64,000 nt of DNA from Takakia lepidozioides (lineage: Eukaryota > Plantae > Bryophyta): the NCBI GenBank assembly GCA_030704615.1, contig CM060731.1, positions 32,860,001 to 32,924,000 of the forward strand. Reading direction: 5' to 3'. Shown here one piece after another: positions 52,141 through 64,000 of this stretch. The notes below the pieces were generated by a model. That model worked only from the letters and a program-made list of their open reading frames with translations, made no database searches and was not told the origin of the DNA. Positions within the stretch are counted from its first letter, which is position 1. Every line of letters starts with the position of its first letter. The position numbers and the translations under genes are program-made.

Positions 52141-52984
52141 GACTCATTTTGAGTCGTAAAAGTCAAAAAACTGGGATCGACTGGAAGTTACAAACGACTA
52201 ATGACAACAGACGTGGTAGTTGGGTTGACATCCAATGATTGGAGTGGTAAAGGATGCAGACGCGCGAACAACTACTCAACGATTAATGCGATTAATGCTG
52301 AAGAACCACATGGCGTAACCAGGCGGGCCGCCCGTGTGTCTGACCTTTTGGGCTGACTTTGACTTTTCCCACCGGATGAGTGGACCGACTCACCGGAGCA
52401 CGGTGACACATGGACACATGGACGCGGACGTGGACGTGGACGACGATGTGGACGCCGACGTGGCGGCGCCACGACGAGCAGCACTGTTGCCATGTGGCCA
52501 CGGGCCCGGGGCGCCACGTGGTAGTAGACCACATAACTTGCAGTGCTACATGCCCAGTGGCAATTGCGACTGCGGAAGTTGGCGCAACCACTGCTTTACT
52601 ACTTTAAATGAAGTGCTCGAAATTACTTGAACAATCATTCATAGTGATTCATGCTTTGAAGTTTTGGTGTTTGTAGTGAGTCGACTAGTACATACGCATG
52701 TAATGCCATACAAGAGAACTAATCATGCATTAGAAATGCACAAACGATGAAAGACATGCCATGAAACAAAATGAAATGAAAATGAATGAAATGAAACAAA
52801 ATGGTACTTTATTACATCTGCGGAAAGTTCAAAGAGCTTATGGGACAAAATGAAAAAAACAAAGTAAAAAAGCAACCCAAAAGCTACTACTACTCTGGGG
52901 ATTGCCTAAGGGTCAAGGCCTCGTGCAAGTAAGCTGCCAAGCAGTTCTGATCCTCATTATGCAAGACTTCAGTGAATTCCACGG

Positions 52985-55030
52985 AACAGACCATCTACCC
53001 ATGGAGGTTTCTTGTAGTTATTGATCCACAGGGAATCATAGGTAATCTTGTGCTTGAAATTTGGCCCTCTAGGATGAATCTGGACCCACACTCTATCCCT
53101 GCTCCTTCAGCTATCCATGCCCTTGCACAAATCATGCATTCATCCTTGCCTTGCTACTAGGAGCTAACAATGACAGCCTAGATTTGTTCAGCTAGGAAAC
53201 ACCCAACTGAGCTTATCACACTAGTTCCTATGCTCAATTGCGTCTGCTACTCTCTGAAATGTAGCAGGCATCCACCTTTTTGCCTCGGTTGTCCCATCAT
53301 TGACTGGGGGCAGAAAAGTATTCATTCCACAGGTTCTCCTCATGTCTGTTACTTGTTTTTTGATACTTTCCTGTTGTCACATAGCAGTATCATGTCAAAG
53401 TCACTCCAAACTAGATTCACTCAACCAACTAACTTGCAGAATTCAACATGGAAATTTTGGGCCGATTCTAATAAGAGGGAAAAACAAGGTGAAATGTGCT
53501 GAAGAAGATGCCTTCATTAACAATGTCTAATTTTATCAATTGTGCCGTTGCTGCCAGTTGACCATCTACCCATGCAGGTTCCTTGTAGCTGCATAGTTAA
53601 TCTGGAGCTTGAAGTCCGGCCCTCTTGGGTGAATCTGCACCCACACTCTATCCCTGCTCCTTCAGCTATCCATGCCTCGCACGAATCATGCATACAACCT
53701 TGCCTTGTTGCTAGCAGTTGACGATGACAGCCTAGACTTGTTCTAGGAAGCACCCAACTCAACTTATCACACTAGTTCCTACGCTCAATTGCATTTGCTA
53801 CTCTCTATAATCCAACAAACATTCACCTTCTTGCCTCGATTGTCCCACCATTGACTGGGGTTAGAAAGTATTCATTCCACAACTTTTCCTCGTCTGTGTT
53901 ACCTGTTTCTGATACTTTCCTGTTGACACATTGGCAGAATCATGTCAAAGTCACTCCAAACTATCAAAGCTTCACTCAACCAGCTAACTTGCAGAATTCA
54001 GACATGAATAATTAGGGGCGATTCTGATAAGAGGGGAAAACAAGGTGAAATTGAAGAAGGTGCCTTCATTAGCAGTCATTAGTACATAACTATGAAAGCT
54101 ATCAAAACATAACTGTTCTAAAGCCAGACATTTTAATACATGTTTATGGATGAAACTCATGAAAAGCACTTTGCAAAACTACAAAACTTACAAAACACCT
54201 CTCAAACCAACCCAGTTCCAAACAACAAGAACCATTCTAGATGATACACACTTTGTTTGCCATATCCAACGCATCATAATTAGTTGTCAGCCTTACATAA
54301 GCCTTCTCCAGTCCATCAGGCCTGTTGCACAAAATTGCAAGCCTAGAGGTAAGAATACATGTAATAAGCACCCAAAGGGGAATAGTCCCTGCTCTACCAA
54401 GCCAGCCTTGAGGTTCCATTCTAAGCTTGAGATTGCGACTTGACACAGCTAACAACAATCATGTCAGTTGATTGAGTGTTCCTGAAGATCTTGAAAATAA
54501 TCAATCATGGTAATCTCAGGTTGTCGCCCACACAATAAGAGAGGGTGTGATGGTAACTTAGGCAGGGCTACTCCAACCCTACATGACAAGTGGATTCTGT
54601 TTCAGAGTGAAAAAGATAGCGTAGTATTCTGGCAGGCAAAGAATTGGTATGCTCTTGAGAAAACGAGCGGTATACTTTGTGAGGGGACTGCTTCTCATCC
54701 AAAGGCACTACAGCTTGTGGATGTACCATCATGCCTACCATGACAAAGAGGTGAGAATCTGTGAAAAGCCTCACGTCAGCCATGAAGACAACATATTCAG
54801 TCCAGATCATACTTTATCAAAGTGTTAATATTCTTTGTCTGGATGTCAATCGTACATCTTCTTCACTTGAAATCCGGCCCTCTTACGAATCTAGACCCAC
54901 ACTCTATCCCTGGTCCTTCAGCTATCCATGCCTGTGTAGAAACCATGAATACATCTTCAGCCTTGCTGCTAGCAGCTGAAGCAGCTGACACTAACGGGGT
55001 GAAGTTCTTCGAGGAAACACCCCAACCCTA
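52985..55030. repeat. Duplicated about 0.55-kb blocks (about 52985-53520, 53560-54070, partial 54865-55030)
   Basis: Shared core CCCACACTCTATCCCTG(C/G)TCCTTCAGCTATCCATGCC in three direct copies. Inverted copies at 59830-60590. Confidence 0.8.
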
Positions 55031-55499
55031 CCTACAGTAACATCAAAATCACTACAAAACCACCATAGATTCACCAATGAGCTTCTCCACATCTACGTTA
55101 TCTGTTTTTGGATAATTCATGCTGCTACATTGGCAATAACTCCAGGTTAGGCTTCAGGGCAGTGTTCAGGCTGACATCTAGTACATTTCCAGCTTAGACT
55201 ATGTCACCGTGAACCAGTAAACAGATGCAAAGAGCAAAGGAGAATGCAATTGCCCGATGTCTAAGCATCGCAGCTCCATGCATGCAAGCCCCCAAGCATT
55301 TCTGATCCTCATAATGGGAGTAGACCTAGAGGGGATTGTGTCCAAAACTGTAGAGGTTTGGTGCCCAAAGACTGTCCTTGAAAATGAGGTTAGACAAAAA
55401 CTACCCTAGACTTGTTTTCAATCTATGACAAGAGCAAAGACCCGATCTCATGATCTCAGCAAACACCCCTTTATAATGTCACCATGGACCTTATAATTG

Positions 55500-57330
55500 T
55501 CCTTTCCTAGGGCTGCCAAGCTTGCACATACAATGTGCATTGCAAACACAAAGAAACCTGATGTGGTCAATGGGCTAAACACACCTTAATTCATGCACCA
55601 TTTGCTTAGAGGTCTTCAAGGACTCCATCCCACTGTACATATCCTGCAATCATGGGCTCCATGATCATACCACATTTCGTTCAGCCATATTGTTGAACAC
55701 TCCCTTTGCCTCCTCGATGCAGCCACATTTGGCATACATGTACACGACATTGAGTTCATCAAATCCTACAACAGCCCACCATCGCTGCCCATTGCTTACA
55801 AACTCCCACAAAAACAGTTTCACAGGACTAACAGATGATTGGTGGAAGGCAAGGCCCCTCGCCATGGGCCAGATTAATTGTATGTTGCAGCCCAGAACAA
55901 CGACGGGAAGTCATCTAGGGCAGCAAACCCCATCTTGGCAGCGTCTTTTGTGTGAGAGAAGTCAAGCTGAACCTACTCATCATATCGAGTGGGATCGACC
56001 AGATGTAAAGTTGCCAAGCCAACCACACTCATATTCGCACTCAAGCAACATAAGTTGGAGCCATTTTCAGATTATGAGTACCCGTGTTTTAAGGATACTC
56101 CTTCTTCAACTTGCGGTGAACGGGCAGAAAACTTCACAATGTGCAGCAGATTAATGGACCAAGATACGGAGTTGAATTGGGTATCTTGTTGGGCAATGCT
56201 GGTTTCAAATCCCTGCGTTTCGAAGATCTGGCTTGAATGGGCATACTCCGGCAGTGGAAGGCTCACGAAGTAATGAGTTTGGGCTGATATGCATGCTGAC
56301 ATGCCATGTCGGTGCAAAGAACAACGCTCTGAGTGGTGATTGTGATCTCAAAATCTGCCCCTGCATTCAAGCTGATTTCTCTCTCGAGCAGAGCCACCTT
56401 GTGGATGTTCCAGCCAGTGTCCAAAAACAGCTCAAGTGCAAGACAACAACATCAGCAAGGCATGGTTAGCTAAGCAAGGTCATGGTGGAGAGGTATTTGA
56501 ACTCTCTGAACGTAATGTGGTCGGACTTCACCCCCTCCCACATCAACTGCTCATAGGTCTCCAAAACCTGCAATCCCCGCCCCTGTTGTGCATTTCCTGC
56601 GATCATCACTTTCCACGACACCACATTTCGCTCAGCCATTTTGTTGCACACTCTCTATCCAGAAGGGTATTGTTCAGAATGACATCTACCACAATTCCAG
56701 CTTTGACGATGCAACCATGGACCTCTTTGCCCTTCTCTAGCAGGCTTGCACATGCACTACAAACACAAACAAACGTAATGTGCTTGGGCTTCACCCCCTA
56801 GACCGACATCAATTGCTCATAGGTCTCCAAAACCCGCAATTCCTGCCCATGTTGTGCATGTCCTGCGATCAGCACGTTCCACCACACCACATTTCGCTCA
56901 GCCATATTGTTGAACACTCCTTGTCCACAAAGGAATGCTCCCACGTTTGGCATACATGTCGACGAGATATTGTTACATCTGGTACAGTTCCAGCTTTGAC
57001 GATGTCACGATGGACCTCTTTGCCCTTTACCAAGTCTCCAAGTCTCCAGGGCTGCCAGGTTTGCACATGCATTGCAAACACAAATGAACGTGATCCGGTC
57101 AGGCTGCACCCTTTCTCGCAACATTTGCTCATACGTCTCCAATGCCCTCATTCCGCACACATGTTGGCCATATCTTGCGAGATTCAGCGTGTTCCATGAT
57201 ACAACATCTCGTTCAGCCATGTTATCAAACTCTCCCTTCACAACTTCATAGGTCTCCAAAGCCTCCATCCCACGTCCTTGCTGTGCATACCCTGCAAGCA
57301 TCGCACTCCACGACACTACATCTCGGGAAA
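55500..57330 (-). pseudogene. Degenerate PLS-class pentatricopeptide repeat gene fragments
   Basis: MYAKCGCIEEAKGVFNNMAERNVV, ERNVVSWKVMIAG, RDVVSWSAMLAGYAQQG, PDRITFICVCNACA, GKEVH, with many frameshifts. Confidence 0.85.
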
Positions 57331-58141
57331 ACAGGCTGAAATAGGTCGAAGAAGAAGGTGCCCTCACCACATTGTCCTCTACCTTGTGTCATGACTCATT
57401 GCGGATTAGATTGACCATGAACCCAAGAAGACCTCTTGTGCGTGCTGCTTGTATCTGTAGTCAGGTAATGTGGGATTGGTCCGTAAGAACCACCACGGTG
57501 CAGCTGAACGGGCAGAGATTAAAGTATGGGCTGCTAAGACCAAGCTGATTCCCCCAAGAACCTTGTGATCATCAGGAAGAATACCAAATCATGGTACAAA
57601 GGGGAGCCAAGAGCCCACATTTGCACATAATGCGCCCCTGACGCCATAAATGCTTGCAACAACAGGACATGGGCCTCGATTTGGTTTTCGTCCTTCTCAC
57701 ATCACTTGCTCGTCTCTCTCCAAGCCTCCATCCCTCTCCCAACACTTGGACAAATTCAGGCAAAGGACAAAGTTACTCTTCCACCCTTAGATCATTTTAC
57801 ATCCGACGATTAGAACAATCTCTATGAGCCACACAAGCCCTAAAATACATTAAAATATTCCACATCATGAGCCATGTGGAGCACTTATAAAAATTTCATT
57901 TTTGAATAGGGTGTGCAATGAATGCCTAGTTGTTAAGAGTTGTTCTCTAGTGCTTAAAACCAATTGTAATTGTTGTTTTTAACAAAAAACAATTTACGTA
58001 ATTGAATTAAATTGCCGCGAATATTGCGCCAACTGCGGAGTCATTGATGCAACTTCTATCCGCCATTAGAAATGCGAATTTATCCGTTATGACTGTGCAG
58101 TAGTAACAAACATCTCAAAGTTGTTCCCTCAGTGGTTTTGG

Positions 58142-58325
58142 ACATGTAGTCGATTCGGAAAAGACACGAATGCTTCTAGTGCCCGGTCTCACGAATGGTT
58201 GTGGATTCAATCCACCTGTTGGAAGTCATTACTGTGTCCACCTTCCCACCGGAAGGCAGTAGCCCTATGGGGTCAAGTGACACCATAAGTTACGCTTGCT
58301 TCGGCAACGCGTCCACCTTTGTTAA
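58142..58325 (+). mobile_element. tRNA-related SINE-like repeat
   Basis: Degenerate A-box (GTAGTCGATTCGG) and B-box (GGATTCAATCC). Homologous to 51865-52140. Confidence 0.45.
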
Positions 58326-59577
58326 CGAACCTCTATAGTAGTTAGATTCCATAGAGAGACGTCTCCAAAATAGAGCATCCATTCATGCTCATCCAAAGTA
58401 GAGCATCCATTCATCCATTCATGGGGTTCAAGTTGCCATCCACACTTTACATTTATATCTTACGCAACAAGACACTGATATTAGGGCTTGTCTTGTGAAG
58501 TGTTTAGCAATACAGAAGGAAGTGATTTTAACTAGGCTTTCGACTTCTCGACAAACCGAGATTCTTTCATATTTCCAACCTAGTTAATGATTAAACGTTA
58601 TCTTTCATTGGCATAACCTGGTTTACTGTGCCTCTTGTAAATGTTAATTTACGAAAATTTGCCCTACTTTCTGGGTATATGTGATATATTTTAGAAATGA
58701 AAAGTGAAAAGAAGTGTGAAGTGTGAACTTTTACAATTAATTAGTCCATACTTAGTCAATCTTTGCGGGTTCAGTGACTTAGACTATGTTGCTAACCCTT
58801 GAAGAATCCCTTGATCATGCGCACCACACGAATGAAAGGGCATATTGCTCGGGGTCACAATGGGTCCAATAGATCGCGGAGGGGCTTGGACGACCACTCT
58901 TTGCATGTAGGCGAGGCTCTAAATAGCTGCATCCCTACTTAGGCCGTTGTGACCTTAACACTACAAGAGACGAGCGTTTTTAGGACTACGGCTTTGGCGG
59001 AGTCATAAAAACTGCACTAGGCAAACGACTACAGAGCGCTGAAATGCGTTGCAGTCATAGTTTTATGACTCTATAGTAATGGATATCACTACATGACTCC
59101 GGAAAGTTAGGGAGCATTGGTCAAACATTGTTGACCATGATGACATGGATGGTTTATATGACTAGTGTGATATGTTTGACTATACGTGGACGACGTTTCA
59201 TGGAATCTTATGACTCCATGACTGAAGATGGTTTCACAGCTCTATTTATACGACTACATCACTACACGTGTCATTTTGAAGGCACATATAATGCTAATAA
59301 GGTTGCCCATTAGGTTTAAAAAGTTAAAAAGTTGCTAATAAGGTTGTCCATTAGGGTAATCGTGAACAGAGAGGAGGGCTGGGACTTGGCATTTTTTTGT
59401 CTCATGCGCCACACCACCTAGCCGAGGGATGGAACGCGATGATAGCAGGATATGCAGGGGCGTGGGATGGAGGCGTTCAGCAAATGATACAGGAAAGAGA
59501 AGAGGAGGAGGAGACGAGACGAGGAGAAGCAAGCTCGCCGTTCTTGGGAGAGAGACAAGACGAGGAGAAGCTCGCCG

Positions 59578-60590
59578 TTCTTGGGAGAGTCAGCTTGGTC
59601 TTAGCAGACGTGTTTCAATCTCTACCTACTCAGCTACACCGTAGTGGTTCGATCTCATAGACCAATCCGACATTACCTGACTACAGACACAAACAGCACA
59701 CACAAGAGGTCATTTTGGGTTGATGGTCGGTCAAATCCTCCATGGGTCAGGACACGAGGTCAAGGTCAATGTGGTGAGGGCACCTTCTTCTTCAACCTAT
59801 TTCAGCCTGTGTTGCCCTCTCATCAGACTCGGCCGCAAGATGCATATTGAATTCTGTAAGTTAGGTTGTTGGGTAGATCTGTGGTGGTTTGGAGTGACTT
59901 TGGCAAGTTACTGCCAGTCTGGCAGCAGGGAAGTATCCAAAAACATATAATAGAGGTGAGGAGAAGCTTTGGCGTGAACACTTTCCGACCCCAGTCAATG
60001 GTGGGACAATGGAGACAAAAAGGTGAATGCCTGTTGGATTACAGAGAGAAGCAGATTCATTTCGGATTGTGATAAGTAGGGTTGGGGTGTTTTGGGGAAG
60101 AACTCCACACCAGTATGGTTGGGGTGTTTGCTGGTAGAATTCTAGGCTGTCAAAGGCATGGATAGCTGAAGGAGCAGGGCTAGAGTGTGGGTCCAGATTC
60201 ATCCAAGAGGGCTGGATTTCAAGCTCCACATTACCAGCTATGATTCCCTGTGGAAGGATAGCTACAAGAAACCTACATGGGTAGATGGTCAATTGGAAGC
60301 GGCAGCAGCAGCAGCAGCGGCGGCACAATTGATAAAGTCAAGCACTTCTACTGTGATAAAGTCAGGCACTTTCACCCTGTTTTCCCCTCTTATCAGAATC
60401 GGCCCTAAATTTCCATGTTGAATTCTGCAAGTTAGTTGGTTGAGTGAATATAGTTTGGAGTGAGTTTGACATGATACTGCCAATGTGACAACAGGAAAGT
60501 ATGTAATAGAGATGAGGAGAAGCTATGGAATGGATACTTTTGTGACCCCAGTCAATGGTGAGACAATCGAGGCAAAAAGGTGAATGCCTG
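59578..60590. repeat. Inverted duplicates of 57325-57560 and of the 53-55 kb blocks
   Basis: 59578-59812 is a diverged reverse complement of 57325-57560. 60156-60215 and 60370-60590 are reverse complements of parts of the 53 kb unit. Confidence 0.8.
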
Positions 60591-63500
60591 TTAGATTATA
60601 AAGAGTAGCAGACGCAATTCAGCATAGGAACTAGGATCTTCAACTGCTCTGATATTATTGGAGGCATCCTCGTTACTCAGCAAGAGGGTAGTGTTGTCTG
60701 CATACATAGACAGCTTAACAGGCGGGCCCTGCAGTAGATTCATGCCTACAATATCTTGCCTAGCAGTTAGGTAGTGCCCAAGAGCATCTGCTGCTATCAA
60801 AAAGAGGTATGGGGCCAATGGGCAACCCTGCCTGACGGATCTGTGAAGAGGGAAGGATTTAGATAGGGTGCCATCAATCGTCACTTTGCTAGAGGTAGAT
60901 GTAAGGAGCAACTTCACCCATCTAGGACCCATCTAGAAAAGGAGGCTGGCAGGCCCATCTTTTCCATGACTCTATGTAGGAAGGTCCAATCAATATTATC
61001 AAACGCTTTCTCAAAGTCCAACATGAGGATAACCAGGGGCTGCTCAAACCTCTTGGCTTCATGCATAACCTCGTTTATAAGAAGCAGGTTGTCGAGAATC
61101 ATTCTACCTTTAAGAAAACCTGTCTGTTCCGGTCTGATGACCCGGGATAGGATAGGGTGAAGTCTCGATGCCAATGCTTCGGCAATAATTTTGTAGGTGG
61201 TATTAAGAAGCGTGATAGGGCGGTAATTGGATATCAGGCTCTTGTCTCCTTTCTTAAAGATTAGCGTAATGAGACCTTCAGAGAGCTGAGAGGGCATGAT
61301 TCCCTTGGAGAGGATGTCCTTAGTTAATGCCACGAAATCATCCACTGTCGCAGACCATAAGGCTTTGAATAGTTTTACTGGCATACCGTCCAATCCTGGC
61401 ATTTTGTCTGCCTTGAGATATTGCAGGGCCTCTGCTAATTCCGTGTCCTTGAGGGGGGCATCTAGGTCATCTTTTTTTTTTGCAGAGAGGAGAGCCGGGA
61501 CATGCATGAGAATGATCTCAGAGGCTCGATCTACCTCGGCAGAGGGGAGTCTCTTGGAGAAGAGAGCGGCGTAATGCTTTTCAGCAATGGTAGCCATTTC
61601 TTTTGGAGAAGAGCAAGAAATCCCTTCTGGATTTTTAAGAGTGGCAATTGCCGAGGCCATTCTTCTCTGCTTGGCCTTAACGAAAAAATACTTAGACATC
61701 TTTTTTCCTTTTAAGGGACCAGTTAATCCCCGCTTTGAGCTTCAAGGCCTTCTTTTTTTCCTACCTAAAGAGGTTGTCTTTGCTCTGTTGTAGTTCAACA
61801 TTGTGCAAGGACCTTCATTATTGTGCTCCAAAAGTGCTGCAGAATGAAGGCATTTAGTAGGGATTTTTTCTCTCTTTGGGTTCTGGCAAGGGCATAGGCC
61901 TAGCTCTTGAGACTTAGCCCGGACAGCTTCTAGCTTAAAAGGAATCTAAGAGTTGGGGGACTCATAATCATTACCAGAGGAAGACCACTCCTGCACTAGA
62001 GCATTAACCATAGCCTGAGATTTAAAGGAGAGCAGGGTTTAGCTTAAACACCTGCGCCCCTTACTTGAGCCTGGGATGACAAAATTCTGATCTCAGCATG
62101 GTCATAATCTGGCAGCAGTACAGGGCCCAACGAGCACGGTTGTGCCCACGGAATTATGCCACTGGTGCAGTAGATGCGTTTTAGCCTAGCCATGACTAGA
62201 TCCGGGGGGTTTCTGCAGTTAGACCAAGAGAAGCGCAGGTTCCGCTTCAGGAATGGAGATATCAATGAAACCAACGAAAGACATAGAATTTCCCAGGCGT
62301 TAAGCTCATCCGGGGTGAGGGAGAAAGAGCCAGGATCTAGCCTATCCTGCATTCTATCCGTCATATTGAAATCTCCTGCTAAAATCTATTGATCAACATC
62401 AGATCGCTGAAGAATCTTTGAATGCAAAAACTGCCAGAAGGAGATTCTTTCAGCAATAGAGTTAGGAACATAAACATTAATAAAGCCAATTTTGCACCCA
62501 GGGGTAGGCAAAGAAAGGATGCCGAATTGTGCCCTGCCGACCATCCAAGTGCACACTTCTGAGACTTGACTGGCAAGGGTAGGAGAGACCAAAACTGCGC
62601 CCCCCTCTGGAATCCATTACAGTTATGTTCCACCAAGCCACGTTAGCAGGCCAGAGCAGTTGTCCAAGGGATGCAATTTCGGAGTCATTTAGTTTGTGCT
62701 CCTGTAAGAAGATGATAGAGTTATCCGATAACAAGGAGGCAACCCATCTTTTAAGTCTAGATTTCTTAGGGGTAGTAGCATCTGATCCTATGCCCCTAAT
62801 ATTCCATGACCTAGTGTTAAAGGACATCAAAGTGGGTGCAAGGCCCGAGAGAACCTCTCAAAATGATGGCCCAGGAGAAGTGTGGAGAGTGATAAGTCCC
62901 TTATCTCTGGGAGAGGAGGAGAGGGTCCAACTTATTCCATTGGGGGGAGGAGCGGTAGAGAGGGTAAAAACCCGGGAGGGAGTTACGCTGGTCTGGTGGA
63001 CTTTAGCGTTACGCAACCAAGCATGCAAGAGACACAATAATCTGCGACTAAGCACAAAAAATAGACAGATCTGAGAAGGATGTAGATTAACTTTCTGTAG
63101 GCAAGGAAGAAAACCGCGTGGCATAGCCAGAGCAGGTTTAAAGGAGGGGGCTGAAGGGGGTTTGCCTAGAGGGATCCACCAACTTGAAACATGCCACCTA
63201 CAGGGTATGGGCAGGCAGAGGGATGGAGCGATGGGGAAGCTTGCAGAGTAAGCGAGGCTTACCAGAGAAGGCAGACCTGCGAAGGTTGTGGGCGAGGGAG
63301 CAGAGGGGGATCCGAGAGGAGCCTTCTTTCCTGTGCTAGTGTATGGCTGAAAGCCAACATCCATAGACTTGCATGCAGCTGGTGATGGTGCAGGCGACGC
63401 CCCAGAGCCGAAGATGGCGTTGACAAGGGTGAAGCCTGCTCGCAGGACCTTGACGCTTCTGGCAAAACCTCATGCTGACGGGAAGACCCCAGAGGGAGCG

Positions 63501-64000
63501 TCCTTGCTGTTGGGGCAGGATCCCCCGGGTCCCTCTTCTAGAGACTGAAGCGTAGGAGTAGAGCTTGCACTTAGGTCTGTCAGCTACAATGTCCTCCCAT
63601 CGGAAAGCTAGCATAGTGTGCACCGTGGAGGCAGAGTCAAACTCATCTGTGTTCTCCCAGAAGGCACCAAAGTGCACAATAGTCTCGTTTGACAGATGGA
63701 ATTGGAAAGGCTCCTCGGCGAAAATATTTCCCACCAATTTGAGAGAAAGCTCAACAGCCTTGTTGTCTTTGTTATATGTGGCGTGGTGGGTGGTCACCCA
63801 AGATCCTGCCAGTCCTTCAGAGCCATTGGTCAGCATAATGGATGGGGGCTGATTGGGGCCATCCAGAAGAGCGTAAATGATAGGAGTGACCTTGATGGCC
63901 GCAGAGTTCCTTCTTACTGCATTCTCGGGAGACCATTCGCAGAGCTTTAGATTATCAAAAGATCTGACAACGTAAAAATTGCAAGAGTGACGCATTGAAG
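60591..64000 (-). mobile_element. L1/Tx1-like LINE fragment: ORF1 part, APE endonuclease, N-terminal RT; 3'-truncated
   Basis: SWNIRG...FLQEHK (62477-62830), INVYVPN, DHAEI, NYRPITLLN...LDFEKAFD (60914-61699), VRQGCPLAPYLF...YADN (60591-60932). Confidence 0.92.

Noticed and set aside
52104-58180. CACTA element bounded by CACTAGAAGCATTCGTGTC inverted repeats
   Set aside because: The match extends outward as part of two oppositely oriented SINE-like copies, and there is no 3-bp TSD.
58959-59330. CACTACAAGA terminus (and TTTGTAGTG at 52670-52678)
   Set aside because: Plausible CACTA ends, but no correctly oriented partner with a TSD could be identified.

Overview
Eukaryotic genomic DNA, most likely from a non-seed land plant (inferred from intron-containing plant-type genes, PLS-class PPR remnants and a Tcn1-like chromovirus). 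Left arm (1-14.7 kb): LINE debris, an intact but divergent 4-exon SmD1-like gene, an intact 8-exon CMP-KDO synthetase gene, a tRNA-derived SINE and a hAT MITE. Centre (14.8-51.7 kb): a nest of five transposons. A piggyBac-like TTAA element holds a dUTPase-bearing Ty3/Gypsy element, which holds a chromovirus and a DNMT-Gypsy element (D1), which holds a second DNMT-Gypsy copy (D2) inserted just after its catalytic PCQG motif. Right arm: SINE-like repeats, duplicated blocks, PPR pseudogene fragments and a LINE fragment. The main discovery is the D1/D2 family. It encodes Gag-protease-DNMT3-like methyltransferase, then a leaky UAG-CAA-CCA stop, then RT-RNaseH-integrase-PHD finger. It has a self-complementary (tRNA-free) primer site. 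Its termini are circularly permuted (Y...X-Y-X) with clean 4-bp TSDs, as expected if a 2-LTR circle were integrated through a palindromic site (GACA-GC-TGTC) inside the LTR. All alignments were done by eye.
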